Source of the DNA: Candidatus Nanoarchaeia archaeon
Lineage (GTDB): Archaea; Nanobdellota; Nanobdellia; Woesearchaeales; SKIA01
Direction of reading: 5' to 3'
NCBI GenBank assembly: GCA_028279685.1
Contig: JANQNG010000051.1
Location: forward strand, 9-64,008
DNA: 64,000 nucleotides
Positions within the stretch are counted from its first letter, which is position 1; each line of letters begins with the position of its first letter. Below are positions 58,978 to 64,000 of the stretch, in pieces. The notes beneath the pieces were generated by a model, which saw only the letters and a program-made list of their open reading frames with translations, searched no databases and was not told the DNA's origin. The position numbers were made by a program, and so were the translations under genes.

Positions 58978-59922
58978 CTATAATGAGTCAATATTCTGCT
59001 TGACGGAATTAACCAATGCATTAGCATCAGCTAGACAAGAAGACAATTTCCCAGGAACCTCATCAATCATATCGGCTTTACTCATATACACAATAATCTC
59101 TTTATCATATTCTCTTATTTTCTCTAATAACTTTTCTTGTTTCTTAAGATCATCAATAGGATCAAACACAAACACAATAAGATCAGACAAATACTTCATC
59201 GCTAAATACGCCTGTTTCTCAATCATGTTCATTTTTTCTGGACGATTTAATGTTCCTGGAGTATCAATTACTTGCACTTTCTGATGCTTATGTTCAAAGT
59301 AACCAATGTTCAATATTTTTGTAGTGAATGCATATGCCTTAATTTCTGGTTTTGCTGTTGTGATCTTTGACAATAATGTTGATTTACCTGCATTAGGAAA
59401 TCCGGCGATACAAATAGTGAACAATCCTGTTTTCACCGCAGGATATTTTCTCATTATTTTACGCGCTTTCTCAAGGAATACCAACTGCTTGTCGAGTTTT
59501 TTCATAATAGAATTTATTCTGCCAACAAATGATCTTCGCAATGTGCTGATCTTCGAAACCTCTTGTTCTCTTTGAATCTTTTTCCGAACATCACCATGCA
59601 ATTCAGTAATCTTCTTAGCACTCCAATCCACCATAGAAAGATATTGCTTAATGACATCCTTATCAATCGTTTCCTCCATCAATCTCTTATAGAAGATCGG
59701 CATTGAATCATAGCTTGGAAAACAAGTCACGATATTGAGCAACGCATGTCTGAGATACTCCATAATTTTTTTCATCCTGCTCTTTTCTATCTCTTTGCTC
59801 TTTGTCAGCCTATCTCTGAAAGACTTAGCCCTAATTAAACTTGCAGCCTTATCGCCTTTCCCCACAGCAGCCTCAAGATACTTTGTATATCTCTCCACCA
59901 CAGCCAGATTCTGGAAATTCAT
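58978..59922 (-). CDS. NOG1-family GTPase
   Basis: GFPNAGKS, YAFTT, DTPG.L.R...MN.IE.QA. Confidence 0.93.
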   Translation of the reverse strand: MNFQNLAVVERYTKYLEAAVGKGDKAASLIRAKSFRDRLTKSKEIEKSRMKKIMEYLRHALLNIVTCFPSYDSMPIFYKRLMEETIDKDVIKQYLSMVDWSAKKITELHGDVRKKIQREQEVSKISTLRRSFVGRINSIMKKLDKQLVFLEKARKIMRKYPAVKTGLFTICIAGFPNAGKSTLLSKITTAKPEIKAYAFTTKILNIGYFEHKHQKVQVIDTPGTLNRPEKMNMIEKQAYLAMKYLSDLIVFVFDPIDDLKKQEKLLEKIREYDKEIIVYMSKADMIDEVPGKLSSCLADANALVNSVKQNIDSL

Positions 59923-59984
59923 AGAAAGATAAATAGATGTTTATTTAAAAAAATATTTAAAGGGAATGTTTCTTGAATAAGAAT

Positions 59985-60884
59985 ATGGTATTAGAACATC
60001 TCTTTCCAGAGAAATGGCTTGAACGCAAATCAGGCTATGGATTTCTGCTTGGAGCAGGCTATTCCATCGTTGCCATCCTTATTGCACGCATTCTTTTCCC
60101 CTCCGATCCTGCATTAGTTGCTGTTGCATTCACCGCAATCCTTATTCTTCCCGAACTCTACAAAATGATGTCCATTGAGGAACGAGTTGAAGATAAAGAA
60201 AAAAGATTCACCTGGGGGAAACTTTTCAAAGATAACTGGCATCTTTTCAGAACCTATTTGGCAATTGCAGGAGGTATTTTCATAGTCTATGCTGTTGCCG
60301 CAGTTATTCTGCCAAGTATGAGCGTCAATCACCTCTTTGAACAACAAATCGCTATGAGATATGACGCAGGAAGTGCTGTGGCAGGCAGAGCTTTCAGCAG
60401 CGCAGGGGAAGCATTGGCTATGAGTGGCAAATTGTTCTGGGACATACTACTCAATAACTGGTGGGTTATGCTTGCCTGTTTTATTATCAGCCTCCTCACA
60501 GGAGATGGTGCTATCTTCTTAATCACATGGAATGCCTCAGTATGGGGCACTATCTTCGGCGTCACTGCAAGAAACGCTGCAGTCTTTACCAATGCAAATC
60601 CTATCTTTTATCTTTTACTCGTATTAGTGATTGTATTACCACACGCCATCATTGAAATTTCATCCTATATTATAGCCTCTATTAGTGGAGGAGTCATCAG
60701 CAAAGATGTACTGCTTGAAAAATTTGAAAGTTCTCGCTTCAATATAGTCTTTACCTATAATGTCCGCCTATTTCTTATAGCAATAGCAGTTCTTATCTTA
60801 GGCGCATTAGTTGAGACACTTGTACTGGACAATGTCACCATCTATCATAGAATCATCGAACAGAGCTATCTTGCTATCAGATGA
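59985..60884 (+). CDS. SpoIIM-like membrane protein
   Basis: ILLNN, WNASVWG, PHAIIE, GALVE. Confidence 0.85.
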   Translation: MVLEHLFPEKWLERKSGYGFLLGAGYSIVAILIARILFPSDPALVAVAFTAILILPELYKMMSIEERVEDKEKRFTWGKLFKDNWHLFRTYLAIAGGIFIVYAVAAVILPSMSVNHLFEQQIAMRYDAGSAVAGRAFSSAGEALAMSGKLFWDILLNNWWVMLACFIISLLTGDGAIFLITWNASVWGTIFGVTARNAAVFTNANPIFYLLLVLVIVLPHAIIEISSYIIASISGGVISKDVLLEKFESSRFNIVFTYNVRLFLIAIAVLILGALVETLVLDNVTIYHRIIEQSYLAIR

Positions 60885-60888
60885 CAAA

Positions 60889-61416
60889 ATGGATTACACA
60901 TCATTGCTTAAACTAGCACGGAATACTATCGAATCTTCTATTCACGATGTAGATATTAATGAAGATATTCTAGATGACTGCAAACAATTCAATAAAAAGC
61001 AAGGAGTATTTGTGACGCTGCACAAACATGGAGAACTTCGAGGTTGCATCGGCTTTCCTTATCCTCATCTTGAACTCTATAAAGCAGTGATTGAGGCAGC
61101 ACGATCTGCAGCATTTAATGATCCTCGTTTTTCTGCTGTCAAAGAAGACGAACTCAATAATATTGACATAGAAATATCAGTGTTGACAGAACCAGAAACA
61201 ATCAACCCAGATCCTAGCAATGTGCGTATTGGCACTGACGGATTAATTATAAAGAAAGGATTTAATTCAGGATTATTACTTCCTCAAGTGTTTACTGAAT
61301 ATAATGCATCACCAGAAGAAGCACTTCAGATGACTTGCCAAAAAGCAGGACTCTCCAAGGATGCATGGAAAGATGCAGAACTTCAAAGATTCCAGGCGAT
61401 CATTATCAGAGAATAA
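60889..61416 (+). CDS. AMMECR1 family protein
   Basis: GVFVTL, LRGCIG, DPRF, EISVL, LLLPQV, KAG. Confidence 0.95.
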   Translation: MDYTSLLKLARNTIESSIHDVDINEDILDDCKQFNKKQGVFVTLHKHGELRGCIGFPYPHLELYKAVIEAARSAAFNDPRFSAVKEDELNNIDIEISVLTEPETINPDPSNVRIGTDGLIIKKGFNSGLLLPQVFTEYNASPEEALQMTCQKAGLSKDAWKDAELQRFQAIIIRE

Positions 61417-62130
61417 TCATTTCCCAAATCTTCTCTCTCTATCAGAATAATCTTGTACGCAAGTAAGCAAATCCTCTTTTTCGAGTTCAGGCCATAACTT
61501 GTCTAAGAACACTAATTCAGCATAGCCTGATTGCCACATCAAAAAATTTGAAAGTCTTCTTTCGCCGCCTGTTCGAATAATCAAGTCAGGCATTGAAGAA
61601 TTGTAAACATTCTTATCAAATACTTCTTCATTAATGTCATCAACATTCAACGTTCCTTTCTTTATTGCTTCACCAATTTTCTTTGTTGCATCAATAACTT
61701 CTTCACGACCACCATACGCTAGCGCCATATTCACAATTAATTTCTTATTATGCTTTGTCCTTTCCATTACTTCATCAAGAATATCCTGCAACTCTTGATC
61801 AAATAAATTAATTCTTCCAATAATATTAATACGAACGCCTTTCTTATCAAGATTTCCGTTATCATCTTTTTTTATTAACCTTCTGGCTTCTTCTTTAAAT
61901 AAATTAACAATATAATCAAATTCTTTTTTTGGCCGATTAAAATTTTGAATAGAAAATGTATAAAATGTCGCTTCTTTAATTCCAAGTTCAAGGCACCATT
62001 CAACGACATTTTGAAATATTTTAGCACCCCATTCATGGCCCTTCCAAGGTTTTGCCATTAAACGTTTAGCAAACCTTCTATTACCATCCATAATAATACC
62101 TATATGCTTAGGAACTTTCTCGACATGCAT
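61417..62130 (-). CDS. uppS: cis-prenyltransferase (polyprenyl diphosphate synthase)
   Basis: HIGIIMDGNRR, YGGREE, IRTGGERRLSNFL. Confidence 0.96.
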   Translation of the reverse strand: MHVEKVPKHIGIIMDGNRRFAKRLMAKPWKGHEWGAKIFQNVVEWCLELGIKEATFYTFSIQNFNRPKKEFDYIVNLFKEEARRLIKKDDNGNLDKKGVRINIIGRINLFDQELQDILDEVMERTKHNKKLIVNMALAYGGREEVIDATKKIGEAIKKGTLNVDDINEEVFDKNVYNSSMPDLIIRTGGERRLSNFLMWQSGYAELVFLDKLWPELEKEDLLTCVQDYSDRERRFGK

Positions 62131-62168
62131 GACTGGTGAGACCCCTTTTATTTTATAAATATTGTGCC

Positions 62169-63476
62169 TTACTTCCTAGTTACTTCCTCAGTAAGCTGCT
62201 TTATTGAATACTTCTTCTCCTCTCCTGTCTTCATGTTCTTAAGCGTATATTTACCCTCTTTGAGCTCATTCTCCCCAATAATCAACACATAAGGAATGCC
62301 ATATGCATTGGCGAAATCAAGGCATTTTGAAATGTTCTTCCCAGCAAGATCCATATCTACATTAATTCCTTTCTCTCTAAGCTGCTCTCCTATCTTTACA
62401 CAATCATTGAGTGTTTGGATAGGAATAATATATACATCAACAACACTCTTCTTCATCTGTTTCTTCTTGATTTTTATCGCTTCAGTTATTACCTCAAGAC
62501 CAAAAGCAAGACCTGTGGTAGGATATTCTTGTTTGCTTCCAAGAAAATCACTGACCAACCTATCGTAGCGCCCTCCAGCTGCAGTGCTTGAAGTAATTTC
62601 AGGAATATCTTTATAGAATACCTCATAGACAGGCCCCGTATAATAAGCAAGCCCTCTTGCTAAGGATGGATTAAACTCTATGCAAGTTATACCAACTGCT
62701 GAAGTAAGTTCAAGTATTTTTCCTACTTCTTCAACACCTTCCTTTCCGGCTTCAGTATTGACAATAGAAGCGATCATATTAAGTTTTTCCCCGTTGTTTC
62801 CAGAAACATTCAAAGCATTGATAAGTTTTGTTGCTTGTTCATCATCAATTCCTTTTTCTGAGAGTTCTTTCTTTACGTCGTCAACACCAAATTTCTTCAA
62901 TTTGTCAATAGAAAGCATAGCACCCATTCTTTTATCTTCTGGAATTCCTGCAAAATCCATTATTCCATCAAGAATTTTTCTGTTGCTCAATTCTATTACA
63001 ATATTGAATTCTAACTGCTTAAAAACATCATTCACAATCATAAGAATTTCTGCATCAGCAATAGCACTTTTAATTCCTGTGACATCAACATCACACTGCC
63101 AAAACTCTCTATATCTTCCTAGTTTTATAGGCCCATCTCTGAAAACTCTTCCGATTTCATATCGCTTGAAGGGCATCTTCATTCTAGTGTTCATGCCAAT
63201 AAATCTTGCAAACGGCTGTGTGAGATCATTTCTTAATCCTATCCTACGATTTCCTTGATCTGTAAGACTAAATGTCTCTTTCAGTATTTCAGCTCCTCCA
63301 CCATATTTTAATTCAAACAGCTCAAACCTTTCCAGTATTGGAGTCTCTAAAGGATTGTAGCCATATTTTTCAAATGTAGTCCTAAGTACATCTATAATAT
63401 TGTTCCTCAGGATCTTCTCCTCAGGAGGAAAATCACGAGTTCCTCTCGCATTCATCAATTGTATTTTTTCTGTCAT
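62169..63476 (-). CDS. hisS: Histidine-tRNA ligase
   Basis: RGTRDF, GRYREFWQCDVD, RGLAYYTG, GGRYD. Confidence 0.97.
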   Translation of the reverse strand: MTEKIQLMNARGTRDFPPEEKILRNNIIDVLRTTFEKYGYNPLETPILERFELFELKYGGGAEILKETFSLTDQGNRRIGLRNDLTQPFARFIGMNTRMKMPFKRYEIGRVFRDGPIKLGRYREFWQCDVDVTGIKSAIADAEILMIVNDVFKQLEFNIVIELSNRKILDGIMDFAGIPEDKRMGAMLSIDKLKKFGVDDVKKELSEKGIDDEQATKLINALNVSGNNGEKLNMIASIVNTEAGKEGVEEVGKILELTSAVGITCIEFNPSLARGLAYYTGPVYEVFYKDIPEITSSTAAGGRYDRLVSDFLGSKQEYPTTGLAFGLEVITEAIKIKKKQMKKSVVDVYIIPIQTLNDCVKIGEQLREKGINVDMDLAGKNISKCLDFANAYGIPYVLIIGENELKEGKYTLKNMKTGEEKKYSIKQLTEEVTRK

Positions 63477-63532
63477 GATAGTCACCTTTTTTCCACGATT
63501 TATATATTTTCTTAAAAATAATAAAAAAAAAA

Positions 63533-63773
63533 TTAATTTGGCATACTCCAGTATACCTCCTCTAGTCCACTGCCGTTATAGCATAGCTCTGCAGAGTAGC
63601 CAAGCTCAACTTTGTCAACTACCTCTTGGAGATTTTTTCCTACATCTCCTTCATAGAGCCATGCTATCTCAAGCATAAGACCTAAGTCAACCATTAATTC
63701 ATAGCAGTCGACAATGAACTCCCTGCGTAGCTCTCTCTAATGCAGAGGGCCTTTTCATTTCGTTTGTTTCCAT
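63533..63773 (-). pseudogene. Small ORF split by a frameshift at an (AG)4 run (24-aa + 53-aa pieces)
   Basis: GGAGG RBS then METNEMKRPSALER; a second frame continues ELRREFIVDCYELMVDLG...WSMPN-stop; T-tract follows. Confidence 0.5.
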
Positions 63774-63825
63774 TTTTGTTTTCCTCCGCGCTTTGAGCCC
63801 GCATGGCTTGAACATGAATTTAAAT

Positions 63826-63964
63826 TATTCAGCGTCGACTCACCTCTTGCTTCATTATTCTCAGAGCGCATTAGCGCCTTGTGAGTTTGACCTCGTGCCG
63901 CTCGAAGATACAGCAACGAGCTAGCAGAGAAATAGAAAGAGGCTCGTAATACTGACGCTGAATA
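63826..63964 (-). ncRNA. Unknown multi-hairpin structured region
   Basis: 11-bp closing stem TATTCAGCGTC/GACGCTGAATA enclosing further hairpins. Confidence 0.45.
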
Positions 63965-63983
63965 TTATATAGCCAATGAGAAG

Positions 63984-64000
63984 GGCGGATACCGGGAGTC
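63984..64000 (-). tRNA. 3' end of a tRNA, probably tRNA-His (partial)
   Basis: GACT-CCCGG-TATCCGC-C reads as T-loop end, T-stem, acceptor strand and C73. C73 and the nearby hisS suggest His; the anticodon is outside the window. Confidence 0.65.

Noticed and set aside
63826..63964. RNase P RNA, hammerhead ribozyme or His attenuator
   Set aside because: No GAGGAAAGUC or CUGAUGA/GAAA cores; the adjacent short ORF has a single His and a T-tract separates it from hisS.

Overview
AT-rich, gene-dense archaeal chromosome segment, most likely DPANN (Woesearchaeota-like). This is inferred from Dph2/Dph6, TYW3, ZPR1, translin, NOG1 and ScpA, TATA-type promoters and a BHB-intron tRNA, found together with bacterial-type lgt. 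The strongest candidate for an undescribed system is a minus-strand operon at <1-8707 that looks like a full ubiquitin-like conjugation pathway. It encodes a beta-grasp-like protein ending PG-YALQS, an E2/UBC-like protein (FHPC...LC), a JAB/MPN peptidase, a tandem-ThiF E1 and a large protein with SH3/MIB-HERC2-like and UBA-like segments. A transglutaminase-like protein is transcribed divergently from it. Other notable items: two repeated, covarying non-coding motifs (a 52-nt 5' leader at 10488/16056 and a ~90-nt intergenic element at 20101/27529); an intact but active-site-degenerate group 3b hydrogenase operon; tRNA-Arg(GCG) with D-loop and T-loop introns; an SRP RNA apparently lacking helix 6; an SLT lytic transglycosylase; a split Dph2; a free-standing NUMOD3/Vsr endonuclease; and a structured region plus a frameshifted ORF behind a probable tRNA-His. 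All calls come from reading motifs by eye; no searches were run. No CRISPR array or rRNA was seen.
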